Below, one piece after another: positions 10,977 through 20,398 of a DNA stretch of 64,000 nt (the stretch's first letter is position 1; every line of letters begins with the position of its first letter). Under the pieces are notes generated by a model that saw nothing but the letters and a program-made list of their open reading frames with translations, did not search any database and was not told the DNA's origin. The DNA lies in the NCBI GenBank assembly GCA_963976765.1, contig CAXBME010000012.1:124001-188000 (forward strand), read 5' to 3'. Position numbers and translations under genes: made by a program. Source of the DNA: an uncultured Planctomycetaceae bacterium (GTDB taxonomy: Bacteria > Planctomycetota > Planctomycetia > Planctomycetales > Planctomycetaceae).

Positions 10977-11533
10977 TTCAATGTCATGCTCGTTGGAAAC
11001 TGATCTATGGCGAGAAAGCGGAGACTGCCGGGCGGCAGGTGAACACGGATAAGCCGCGAGTTCAAGGTGAGGGGAGCAATCGAACCTATGCGGAAACAAT
11101 TCAACTGAAAGACAGGTTTCCGCAGCAGTCTCAGATCGTCGCCAAAATGGACCCACTGAACTTTGGCGCTGCTGTGCCTGCGCTGAAGCAATACGACCGC
11201 TGAGCGGATTTGGTCGAGATGAAGAACTTCAACTTCGCGAGGACCGAGACGAACGAGACCGCTTTCGAGAGCTTCTGTCTGGTCATCCGATCGCCGTACC
11301 ACAGTCGATAACTTTTGGCCTCACTGTCAAGTTTTCGGTACGGCACACGCACGTGCTCATTCGGGATCTCACAACGGTTTGACATTTTGATCGAATCTGA
11401 TCAGTCAGGCCGATCATCTGTTCCGACAGAGCGACCTTCGCTGGTAGACTGGCCAACTGACGATTGAACCGTGTTTTGCTGATGGCTGCGGAAAATTCCT
11501 TCGGGAGGCTTCTGGAAATGCACGTGACAATCT

Positions 11534-11594
11534 GTCATTCCCGCGAAGGCGGGAATCCAGAGGTCTACTGAGTGCCCGCTCCTGCAGGTATGAC
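11534..11594. repeat. Palindromic REP/REPIN-like element (GTCATTCCCGCGAAGGCGGGAATCCAG family) with a degenerate second arm
   Basis: ATTCCC-N8-GGGAAT at 11537-11556; partner arm ctgagtgcccgctcctgcaggtatgac at 11568-11594. Confidence 0.75.
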
Positions 11595-11683
11595 TCGGAA
11601 CTTCTGGGCAACCAGAACTCAATTCTGGAGCGGACGCTCCAACAAAGCCGCCACGGCGGCCCTCTCACACAGGAGACGATCAA

Positions 11684-12325
11684 ATGAGAAAGCGAACTCG
11701 CTGGCTGCTGGTTCTGACTGTGGTTGCCGCCGCCGGATGTTGGTACACAGTGACCAGTCATTCCATCGCTGATGACGGCCTGACTCGGCAGCAGGAAGAC
11801 ACGCAAAAGCTGATCGATGCGGAAAAGAAGCGACACACTGCTCAGTTGAAAAACCTGGATGCTGCCAGGACGGCTCTGAAAGACGCGGGAGCCAGTACGA
11901 AACCTGTCGACGCTCTGGCCGACCTGGAAGATGACGTCCACAATGCCCGCATCGACGAACTGCACCATCGCCTGGACCCGGACGCGACCAACCTGCAACG
12001 TTCGGTGCTCAGCGAACTCCGCGACCTGCGCCGAGCCATAGGCAGCCTGAATCAGAGCTACGAAATCCCGCCCGTCCGACTGCAGAATGGGAGCGGACGC
12101 ACGACTGCATTCACTGGCGGTTCGAAATTCGTCGACTACGAGGATCCGATCGATCATCAGATCAACGACGAAGACGACAAAAAGTCAGCCGCTCAGGCTT
12201 CGAGCAGGTCGCTCACCAACGGCAAAGGTGAGGAACCTCTGGCTGCTGACGCCGACGAGCCAGCTCAGCCCAACAGCAAAGACGGGCTGCTAGGTGAAGT
12301 TCCGGTTGAGACGACAACTAAATAG
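11684..12325 (+). CDS. Hypothetical exported coiled-coil protein
   Basis: AGGAG RBS upstream, basic plus hydrophobic N-terminus, helical Q/E/K-rich body, acidic low-complexity tail. Confidence 0.7.
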   Translation: MRKRTRWLLVLTVVAAAGCWYTVTSHSIADDGLTRQQEDTQKLIDAEKKRHTAQLKNLDAARTALKDAGASTKPVDALADLEDDVHNARIDELHHRLDPDATNLQRSVLSELRDLRRAIGSLNQSYEIPPVRLQNGSGRTTAFTGGSKFVDYEDPIDHQINDEDDKKSAAQASSRSLTNGKGEEPLAADADEPAQPNSKDGLLGEVPVETTTK

Positions 12326-12369
12326 TTTTGCATTTTCATTCGACAGAGACGCGGCCTGTTTCAAAAATG

Positions 12370-12440
12370 AGCCGCAGATGGTTGCTGAATAGCCGCAGAT
12401 GAATACTTCAACCTGCGGCTGTCAGCGATTATCTGCGGCT
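12370..12440. repeat. Tandem-unit inverted repeat (AGCCGCAGAT x2 / ATCTGCGGCT), possible bidirectional terminator
   Basis: 5' arm AGCCGCAGAT-GGTTGCTGAAT-AGCCGCAGAT; 3' arm ACCTGCGGCT-GTCAGCGATT-ATCTGCGGCT; lies between convergent genes. Confidence 0.75.
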
Positions 12441-12561
12441 TTCGTTGTCTAATCACAGTCCTGATTTTGTTGATGACTGAGGGCGAGGCATCCTGTGCCT
12501 GCAGCCCCGGACCATTCTGGTTCGGCCACCCGGCAGGACACGCTCATGAGAAGTCACAGAT

Positions 12562-12780
12562 TCAGCGTGCGGAAACAGGCTCAACAGCATTGACCGGGTC
12601 TGCCTCTTCGACTGGCTCGGTAGTTGAATTCTGCTCTTCAACCAGAGGCTGGGCTCGTCTCTTCTGTTCGCGGCGTTTCTTTGCAAACAGGTGCGTCACA
12701 ACGATCAGGACTGTCGACACGCTGACGAACTGAGCCACCCAGATCATGAATTCAGTGATGAATCCGCTAATGTCTGTCAT
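12562..12780 (-). CDS. Small hypothetical membrane protein at the end of the tad-pilin operon
   Basis: GAGG RBS, one hydrophobic segment followed by KKRREQKRR and an acidic tail; 24 nt after the tadE stop. Confidence 0.55.
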   Translation of the reverse strand: MTDISGFITEFMIWVAQFVSVSTVLIVVTHLFAKKRREQKRRAQPLVEEQNSTTEPVEEADPVNAVEPVSAR

Positions 12781-12804
12781 GACGGTGGCCTCTTCCGAGT
12801 CGCG

Positions 12805-13407
12805 TTATTCAAGCAGCGCGCGAGAAGTCGCTTCGAACCGCTGCGTCGCCAGTGAGAATCCCACGATGGAAAGCCAGTCGGGAACTGGATTCCCGACGCC
12901 AGTCGGGTTACCGGCATCGACCAGCGGAAAGCACAAAGTGACGACAATTTCGTTCGCGGCTGGAGCGGCTCCGGCCTGCATACAGGCGGCAGCCAAATCC
13001 TGATCGCCCCGCTCAGCAACCGATGACGCCCGCACGATTCGGATATAAGCATTTGGCTTTGTCAGGTCATCGTTGATGCCGTCCTGCCGGATCTCAAGAT
13101 TGTGGACAGCAAGATATTCATCCATGACCAGCGCGATCGCGTCTGCGATATCGTCATCGGCGGTTGGATCGGTGTCTAACGCGGCATTGTCATCGAAGTT
13201 CAACGTCGATGGGAAACCGTAGGCACCTTCTCTCGCTCCCTGAACGACCGCCGTCGTGGCCGTATCGACGACAATCATCGCCATCGCAAATTCGAAAATT
13301 GCGAGAACTGAAAAGAAGAGAATCGGGAAAGCAACTACAAACTCAAGATAGATGACCCCTCTGCGGGTCGTCTTCCGAGATTGAGTCGGTTGAACGTTGC
13401 GTTTCAT
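12805..13407 (-). CDS. tadE: TadE-like minor pilin
   Basis: RKTTRRG/VIYLEFVVAFPILF prepilin motif, hydrophobic helix, QGAREGA. Confidence 0.85.
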   Translation of the reverse strand: MKRNVQPTQSRKTTRRGVIYLEFVVAFPILFFSVLAIFEFAMAMIVVDTATTAVVQGAREGAYGFPSTLNFDDNAALDTDPTADDDIADAIALVMDEYLAVHNLEIRQDGINDDLTKPNAYIRIVRASSVAERGDQDLAAACMQAGAAPAANEIVVTLCFPLVDAGNPTGVGNPVPDWLSIVGFSLATQRFEATSRALLE

Positions 13408-13495
13408 AAGGAGTCCCATCCGCGTTGCCGCCACATCCGGGCATCGACTGATGCGGCGGCGCATAGTTCACAATGCTCCTGGCACTCGCAGAGGA

Positions 13496-14830
13496 TCAAG
13501 GGCATGTCGTCCCGGTGACGTGAACAAGTAGTGGATTGTTAACGATTGTACTGTTGGCTCCGGCGCACCGGGCTGTCGCGACAGCTCGACCGGAAATCGT
13601 GAATGGACCAATCGGAATTCCAAATAGATTGCTACAGATGGAATTCACCTGAAGCGTCTGTTGAGCCAGGACAGCGTAGTCTTCATCAGGGACGACGATC
13701 GCAATCACGATCGGAAAGTTGGCGGAATTACCCTGAAGTCGAGCAAGTGTTCCACCACCAAGCCGCTGGAGTCGTTCGTCAACTGTATTGCCCGCAGACG
13801 GCCCACCGTTGAAGCCGAATGAAAACGCGATTCGACCATCCATACCGTTTGCACCCGGTGTATCTCCAAAGTCTCCGCCTTCGTCTGCGACCGTGTCGGC
13901 TGCCAGTCCTCCAGTGGATTCGACGTTGTCGGTGTCGACGCCAAACACCAGCGTTTCGCCCGTCAGCCAGTCGCCAGCAGCAAATGTCAGAGTCATTACT
14001 CCCGTCCCGTCACCAGTAGCCGTCAGGATCGTGACATTAGACGATGCGTGCGTTGCAGGGCCTCGTCCCGCCGCCTCGCTGCCTAACGCAAAATTATTCA
14101 GCGTGCCAAAGTCCCAGGTACCATTGTCCAGCCAGGCAGGAATCGACGTGATGTTGTTCCGAAGGTCGATCTGAAGTTCCGTGATCGATAGTCCTGGCTG
14201 TGCACTGGTAAAGGAAATCCGGAAAGCGTCCGGAGTATCCGAGGTGTCAGTTCCCCCACTGGTGTCTACTTCGATGTCGAAATCAATGGCAATATTGACA
14301 ACTGACATTGTAGAGCGACCACAGCCCACAGCTGATGTCACGTTGAAATCGGTTCCCCCCGTTGTCGGGAAGCCTCCCAGCAGCAAGTCGCCGGTGCAGT
14401 TGGCGTTGTCGTAGCCGACATCGTTAATACCGTCGTCATTCTCATTTCTGTCCAGCGTAATGCTGACTCCGGCAATGGTGTTGGCGGCAGCTGCCGCTAC
14501 AGCGGCGTCCCGCGCCGCGCTCGTCTTTGCAAACTCTCCCGGCGAATCATGCGGGCCGGGCGTGTTGTCGGCTTCGGTCAGATCAGACCAGGTCTTCACT
14601 CCAGCCAGTGCGGCTGCTTCCAGAGCGACTTCCAGTTTGACACGAGCGTTCCAGATGTGCCCGACTTCGACCATGATGCAAAGCATAATCAGAATGGCCG
14701 GGGCGGCAGCGATCAACCACATGATCGCCACTCCGCTGCGAGCCGAACCCGCTGCACGTCGCAGTTTTTCTGCGCGATTATTTCGCACGGAAGACTGAGC
14801 GGAGCAATGGTTGTTCGGCAGACACTGCAT
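13496..14830 (-). CDS. TadG-like pilus tip/adhesin protein
   Basis: ARSG/VAIMWL leader, transmembrane helix, LEVALEAAALAG Tad motif; large acidic G/T/D-rich beta insertion. Confidence 0.75.
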   Translation of the reverse strand: MQCLPNNHCSAQSSVRNNRAEKLRRAAGSARSGVAIMWLIAAAPAILIMLCIMVEVGHIWNARVKLEVALEAAALAGVKTWSDLTEADNTPGPHDSPGEFAKTSAARDAAVAAAAANTIAGVSITLDRNENDDGINDVGYDNANCTGDLLLGGFPTTGGTDFNVTSAVGCGRSTMSVVNIAIDFDIEVDTSGGTDTSDTPDAFRISFTSAQPGLSITELQIDLRNNITSIPAWLDNGTWDFGTLNNFALGSEAAGRGPATHASSNVTILTATGDGTGVMTLTFAAGDWLTGETLVFGVDTDNVESTGGLAADTVADEGGDFGDTPGANGMDGRIAFSFGFNGGPSAGNTVDERLQRLGGGTLARLQGNSANFPIVIAIVVPDEDYAVLAQQTLQVNSICSNLFGIPIGPFTISGRAVATARCAGANSTIVNNPLLVHVTGTTCP

Positions 14831-14913
14831 CGTTGATTCAATTTCGAAAGTGGCAGAAACGCGGGCAGTTATGTGACAGCAAACTGACGTCCGAAGCAGG
14901 ACGTCAGAAACAG

Positions 14914-15468
14914 CTACGGACAATTTTCGTAAGGCAAGGTGATTGATTCGCTGATGACTCGCCCCGTCAGGTCGTAGCCGAATGTTGACAGTAGATTCGG
15001 AGCAGCAGTCGCGGCATCAACACAAACGGTAACTCGAACAGAACCTCCGGGGATGACGCCCGTCCCAGGCAACGCTGCCACAGGCGCCGCACAGCCGGCA
15101 CACGCTCCCGTCGACTTTGTGGCCGCAATAAGCCCCGAGCAGTCCGGATTGTGATCAAGGATAACCATGCATGAAGCCATGCCGGCAGAGCCAAGCACGT
15201 TGTCGATTGCCGCCTGAACCATGTCGATGTTGTCGGCCGGTGCAGCACTTGCCAGGTTGGCTGTGGACAATTCTGAAGCAACTTTAGCGCCGGCTCTGGC
15301 TGACGCCGACACGTGCTCAAGACCAGCCAGCAGAACACCAAACTCGACGGCTGCACTGAGCATGATTGCAATGATCGGCGTGACCACGATCAACTCCAGC
15401 GTCACAACACCGCGTCGCGAATCGCGGCGGCGAAATGAAGCTGATCGTTTCGGACGGCTTGTGTCCAT
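14914..15468 (-). CDS. tadE: TadE-like minor pilin
   Basis: SRRG/VVTLELIVVTPII...VEFG...ARAGAK; several Cys in the C-terminal domain. Confidence 0.85.
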   Translation of the reverse strand: MDTSRPKRSASFRRRDSRRGVVTLELIVVTPIIAIMLSAAVEFGVLLAGLEHVSASARAGAKVASELSTANLASAAPADNIDMVQAAIDNVLGSAGMASCMVILDHNPDCSGLIAATKSTGACAGCAAPVAALPGTGVIPGGSVRVTVCVDAATAAPNLLSTFGYDLTGRVISESITLPYENCP

Positions 15469-15788
15469 TTGTGGGCGTTTCCTGATTCGTTCTGGCAGTG
15501 ACATCAAAACCTGCCGATCGCCCTGACGCCTCTGCTGCGCGAAGACCTGCGCAAACATTGCATTGATAACCGCATAAGAGCAACGATCCGTCTGTCGCAC
15601 ACACTACCGGCAGGCATGATGCTGAGACCTTCAACGCTACCGTGATCACACCCCGACTTCAGCCTGCGACATGGCACGATCGATCGAGGACTTTCAATTG
15701 CCAGGTTACCGAACCGAACTAACTGACGAATCCAACCGGCATGAAGAACCCTCAGAAATATGCGTTCCGACGCCAGCCAAAGCCTGCC

Positions 15789-16001
15789 TTACGGTGTAAT
15801 CGCCATGATGGCCGTTGCGAGATCGGTCAACTCGTTAATCAGTGAGTTACGAACACTCGCCAGTCCGACCAGCGCCCCGAGGCCGACAATTGTGATCAGC
15901 AGAATGTACTCCACCGTCACAGCTCCTGTACGACGTTGATTCGAACGCTTGACACACTGGCCATCTTCCGAACTCTGTGCTGTCACCTTCAGTTGACGCA
16001 T
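15789..16001 (-). CDS. flp: Flp family type IVc major pilin
   Basis: RRTG/AVTVEYILLITIVGLG, a canonical G/xxxxEY Flp motif; GAGG RBS 9 nt upstream of the ATG at 16001. Confidence 0.88.
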   Translation of the reverse strand: MRQLKVTAQSSEDGQCVKRSNQRRTGAVTVEYILLITIVGLGALVGLASVRNSLINELTDLATAIMAITP

Positions 16002-16241
16002 GGAAATCATCCTCAATCTTCTATCAAACACGTAAACGACCGTAAAAATCGAATTGCAGACTTCTGCGCCAACAAATCGGTCGCCACATTGACTGAACCG
16101 CTCTGATCCAACAGGAACAAGTGACATCGCGAGGTCAATGCGAGTCCAAAACCCTCGGAAACCGCGAGTTATGAGACATGTCGCCTGACAGGCAGACTCA
16201 GCTTCGCACACCGGCAACCTGCATTGTCGGGGGACGACACG

Positions 16242-16257
16242 TTCAACAACTGTGCCA
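16242..16257 (-). promoter_or_regulatory. Candidate sigma-54 (-24/-12) promoter for the flp-tad operon
   Basis: The minus strand reads TGGCACAGTTGTTGAA versus consensus TGGCACG-N4-TTGCW (GA instead of GC at -12); divergent from a bEBP gene. Confidence 0.55.
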
Positions 16258-16570
16258 ATGTTGTTGAATCGTGGGATTCGCTGAATCATTCACGCAGGAA
16301 TCAACGGACACGACGATGTGACCGCAGCATCCTCAGACCTTTCCAGGTATGGCCCGTGTCACTCGACTGCGAGAGCAAACCGGCCCCCGGAACTCCAGAC
16401 TTTCGGGGCGTTTCGGCACCAAACCATCGCCGCTAGAGGCGGCTGGAGCTCACAAATCAGCCTGACGATCTACCGGCTTCCCAACTGTCCAGAGCTTCGC
16501 GGCTACATTTCGGGGGGCAGTTCATGGGGCAGTCTTGAACGTCTACCACCAGCAAAATTTGAGAGCCAAG

Positions 16571-16619
16571 TGTCGATGCTCGTAGACATCCTTAGTCGAC
16601 ATGTCTGGCAAAATAGACA
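16571..16619. promoter_or_regulatory. Two tandem TGT-N12-ACA boxes (candidate bEBP enhancer sites)
   Basis: TGTCGATGCTCGTAGACA (16571-16588) and TGTCTGGCAAAATAGACA (16602-16619), 31 bp apart. Confidence 0.6.
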
Positions 16620-16830
16620 AACTAGGAGCTATAAGCTTGACGCGTAGACGTTGAGTCGACACTCTTTTTAAGGTTTAGATAGTTTGCGTTAAATGGAATA
16701 TATTCGCTGTCAGTTGACGAGAAGAGAAACACGCCGACCCGGATGGACAATTCGGTCCACTGGTTGGGCAGGCGATGCCCGTTTCGAAATCTCGCGGCCA
16801 AACTGAGCATCAACAACAGAAAGAGATTTG

Positions 16831-18240
16831 ATGGATCAGGACATCGTTGTTCTTGGGGCCGACTCTTCGAGCATTCAGAAGCTATCACGACAGGTAAACG
16901 AAACAACAGAAAGAATGCCTGTTGAACTCAGATTGCTCGCCGATGCCAGACGGTTTTTGACAGATTCGGAAACAGACACATTAATCGTCGATTTCGATAG
17001 TCTGCAGGCACGTGCACCGCTTACAGAACTTCGATCTTTTTGCGAATGGCTGCAGTGTTCGGGAGTTGTTCGCCGACTTCTGATCTCGTGCCGGTCAAAA
17101 CTGTCGTTTGAATTGGCGCCGCTGTTTGAATTCATTCTTTCATGCAGAATGCCGTTGAATGATCGGGGGATCGATCTCTCACTGGCACTCGAGAACTCAT
17201 CTTCTGTTGGCAGTCTCGTTGAACTGGCGAACTTCGAGAGCCGTTCCATTGAGGCTGGTGAAAACAGCTTTACGACGCATATGCGGGAGATGTTTCCTCT
17301 TCTGGAGCAGCTTGAACGCATTGCTGTTCACGACGCAGCAATCCTGCTGATTGGCGAGACAGGCACCGGCAAGAGCCATCTGGCGAACATCGTTCACGCT
17401 CTGTCGCCACGTTCCGGCGAACGTTTCGTGAATACAGCCTGTGGTGCGCTGCCACCAAGTCTGATCGAAAGTGAACTGTTCGGTCATACTCGCGGCGCGT
17501 TTACTGGTGCCGACCGAAACAAAATTGGGCGGTTTGAAATCGCGCAGGGCGGCACGCTGCTGCTGGACGAAATCGACACGCTGGGCCCTGGTGAGCAGGC
17601 GAAACTGCTGCGAGTCATCGAAACCGGAGAGTTTGAGCCGGTCGGGTCAACCGAAACCCGGCACACGAATGTCCGACTGATCGCGGCTTCAAACGTTGAT
17701 CTGCGTGACCTGGCGGCACGAAATGAATTTCGTTCTGACCTCTTTTACCGAATGAGCGTCCTTGAATTTCACCTTCTGCCATTAAGAGAACGATCACTCG
17801 ACATCATTCCACTCGCGACGGATTTCATTGCGCAGGCGGCCACCGAGCGGCAGATTCCGATCACCAGCGTCGACATTGAATTTCTGAAACGCCTCAAGCA
17901 ATACTCCTGGCCGGGAAACGTCCGGGAACTGAGGAACCAGATGAATCGTGCCGTGATGCTGTCGGACAATGGGCTACTGACGGTAGACACTCTTTCGCCA
18001 TCAACGCAGAACACGACGGTGTCACGAGCAACCCCTCCCCCCCGCGTGGAACCAGGGGACCGTTGGCAATTGGGCAAACACATGTTCGAGTCCGAGAGGC
18101 AACTGCTGCAGTCCGCCCTTGAAGCCCACAACAACAACCGCAGCGCGACCGCCAAGGCGCTGGGAGTCAGCCGCGCCGGGCTCTACAAGAAGATGAGCCG
18201 CCTGGGAATTTCGTCCTCAAGCACAATCGCGACTGACTGA
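16831..18240 (+). CDS. Sigma-54-dependent Fis-family transcriptional activator (bEBP)
   Basis: GETGTGKS Walker A, ESELFGHTRGAFTGA, LLDEID Walker B, RSDLFYR, WPGNVREL, C-terminal HTH (ATAKALGVSRAGLYKK). Confidence 0.95.
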   Translation: MDQDIVVLGADSSSIQKLSRQVNETTERMPVELRLLADARRFLTDSETDTLIVDFDSLQARAPLTELRSFCEWLQCSGVVRRLLISCRSKLSFELAPLFEFILSCRMPLNDRGIDLSLALENSSSVGSLVELANFESRSIEAGENSFTTHMREMFPLLEQLERIAVHDAAILLIGETGTGKSHLANIVHALSPRSGERFVNTACGALPPSLIESELFGHTRGAFTGADRNKIGRFEIAQGGTLLLDEIDTLGPGEQAKLLRVIETGEFEPVGSTETRHTNVRLIAASNVDLRDLAARNEFRSDLFYRMSVLEFHLLPLRERSLDIIPLATDFIAQAATERQIPITSVDIEFLKRLKQYSWPGNVRELRNQMNRAVMLSDNGLLTVDTLSPSTQNTTVSRATPPPRVEPGDRWQLGKHMFESERQLLQSALEAHNNNRSATAKALGVSRAGLYKKMSRLGISSSSTIATD

Positions 18241-18273
18241 TCGCAAGCACGCCATGACAATGTCCCTGACGTC

Positions 18274-19188
18274 TCATGCTGATGCCGATTCGCCATCAAG
18301 TTCTTCGGATTCTTCATAACGTTGTTTCGTCAGCACGACCTGGCGTCCGCCTTCACGAAACTCGACCGAATCCATGAATGTTCGCATTAAGCGAATGCCC
18401 CGACCACGTGGAGCATCGGCATCAAAATCAGACGCCTCGAACGTTGATGAATCAAATCCCGGCCCTTCGTCAGTGACCGAGAAAACTGCTTCGTCACGGT
18501 TAATCGCGACGCCGACAGCCACACGTCGGTGGCAGTAGGGCGGAACGTACAGCCGTTCTAAAATGGCATCCTGAAAGGTCTGATTGTTTCTGTCGGATGA
18601 GCTGATCTCCAGGTTGCCACAATAGATTGCGTTCCTGATTGCTTCTTCAACAGCCACGCCGACACGCAGTCGTTCTGCTTCGTCCTCCAGTGGCAGACAT
18701 CGCAGCATTTCCTGAACCACCTGTACCAGCGGCGTGATCAATGTCGGATCGTTACGCAGATCAAACATCAGTTCTCCCTGGTTAAGACTGTGCATCAGTC
18801 GCGAGTGTTTCAGTTCCTGCCCGGCCGCCGCCAGAATCTTCTGCACGGTCGATACCAGATCGTCGCTCAAACGCCGCTTGGGAACGTAACTCGACGCTCC
18901 GACTTTCAGTGCCTGCGCCGCAATATCCTCGCTTCCGGCAGCCGTCATCAGGACCACCGGCAGTGAAGGCCAGTCACTTCGAATTCGCTCAACCAGCTCC
19001 AGGCCATTCAAACCTGGCATTTGCAGGTCGGTCAGCACCAGGTCGATGTCGATAGAAGTCGCCAGCGATTCCAGAGCAGCTTCAGCGCAGTCGACGTCGA
19101 TCAATGAGCATTCCATTCCTTTCTGAAGAACGTTCATCGCCAGCCGCCGGTCTACGAGCGAATCGTCAACGACGAGAATATTTGCCAT
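18274..19188 (-). CDS. Response regulator receiver fused to an RsbW-like HATPase domain
   Basis: VVDD...LTDLQMP...LMT...YVPK receiver; EEAIRNAI, DEGPGFD and GRGIRLM ATPase boxes. Confidence 0.88.
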   Translation of the reverse strand: MANILVVDDSLVDRRLAMNVLQKGMECSLIDVDCAEAALESLATSIDIDLVLTDLQMPGLNGLELVERIRSDWPSLPVVLMTAAGSEDIAAQALKVGASSYVPKRRLSDDLVSTVQKILAAAGQELKHSRLMHSLNQGELMFDLRNDPTLITPLVQVVQEMLRCLPLEDEAERLRVGVAVEEAIRNAIYCGNLEISSSDRNNQTFQDAILERLYVPPYCHRRVAVGVAINRDEAVFSVTDEGPGFDSSTFEASDFDADAPRGRGIRLMRTFMDSVEFREGGRQVVLTKQRYEESEELDGESASA

Positions 19189-19223
19189 CTCAAATGCCCT
19201 TGTTTTGTCAGGCGGCAGCCCGC

Positions 19224-20189
19224 CTACATGGATTCCAGGTCGACCCGTTGATCCGGCTCAGGATCCTGATTCGTCTTAAGCCATGCTGGTTCATCGTCGC
19301 CTTCCAGAATTTTCGTCAACCCTGCTTTCTCCAGCAGACTTTTACCACCAGTGACGTCAAACGCCGGAGGCGGTTCTGCACTTCTGGGGACGTAGTCAAT
19401 TTCGAATCGAAACTTGCCGACAGCCAGAATGTCTCCGGGCATCAGCCATTCTTCGACAGTCGGCTGGCTGTTAATTCTAATTCCGTTGCGACTGCCCAGG
19501 TCACGAACCGACCAGTACCCCTCGTGAAATCTGAGCTGACAATGATGGGTTGAAATTGTTGAATACTTCAGCCTCACTCCGCAATCCGGCCCTCGTCCGA
19601 TCACGATCTTTTCGTCCATCAGCGGGACAGGGTCACCACCAGCCTGCGGTGTCAGCTTGCCCAGAAACCGCTTGGCAGGCCGTGCAGAGCCTCTCGCCGG
19701 CGACTGACGAGGTGCGGCACCGGTAGCGATCTGCTCGCTCTGAGTTGTCTGGCCAGGTGGTCGTCGGCGAGTGGCGTTTTCGCTCCGCCGTTGCTTTTGC
19801 TCCCTCGCTGTGTCTGGTGGCATCGACCGGGCAGTTGCACGATCGAGCTGTTCCGTCGCCACGCCTTCCTCGGCGGTCGTCACGGAAGCTGTCGACTGAG
19901 ACGGTGCCGCTGTCAGTTCAAAACGAACTGACCCGACTCGCAGAGTGACACCTGACTTAACACGGACTCGCTTGATTCGCGTGCGTCCGATAAATGTTCC
20001 ATTGCGGCTGTCGAGGTCTTCAACAATCCACGTTCCGTCCCGCCAGGCGAGGCGACAGTGGTTGCTGGATACAGAGCGATGAGAAACGACGACGTTGCAG
20101 GTGTCTGCTCGCCCGACGGTCAGTGTTCGAGCAGTCAAGGGGATAGAATCACCGCCGTGCAGTGGCGTCAGATGCCCAAGCAGTGCCAT
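19224..20189 (-). CDS. Dual FHA-domain protein
   Basis: Two GR...SxxH...SRNG FHA cores separated by a low-complexity linker. Confidence 0.88.
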   Translation of the reverse strand: MALLGHLTPLHGGDSIPLTARTLTVGRADTCNVVVSHRSVSSNHCRLAWRDGTWIVEDLDSRNGTFIGRTRIKRVRVKSGVTLRVGSVRFELTAAPSQSTASVTTAEEGVATEQLDRATARSMPPDTAREQKQRRSENATRRRPPGQTTQSEQIATGAAPRQSPARGSARPAKRFLGKLTPQAGGDPVPLMDEKIVIGRGPDCGVRLKYSTISTHHCQLRFHEGYWSVRDLGSRNGIRINSQPTVEEWLMPGDILAVGKFRFEIDYVPRSAEPPPAFDVTGGKSLLEKAGLTKILEGDDEPAWLKTNQDPEPDQRVDLESM

Positions 20190-20398
20190 TATGGTCTCCG
20201 TTCAGATTTGTCTGATGGAAACATAACGCCTTCGCCAACTCGCGACACCATTGACGACACTCGATTTCTGAAACTTGACGCATCCGACTTCTTGAGTTTC
20301 CAGTGTCTGCCGATGGCTCTCTGGAAATCAGCACACCGCCTGAGTCAGAACTCAAAGCCTGAATCAATACCATCGACAATCCTCGGATCACCGCTGAT

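Noticed and set aside
12370..12440. Mini-CRISPR interpretation of the tandem repeats
   Set aside because: Units are ~10 nt and inverted, with no spacers of CRISPR length and no cas genes.
15672..15687. TGGCACG as a sigma-54 -24 box
   Set aside because: No TTGC at -12, and it points antisense to the pilin operon.
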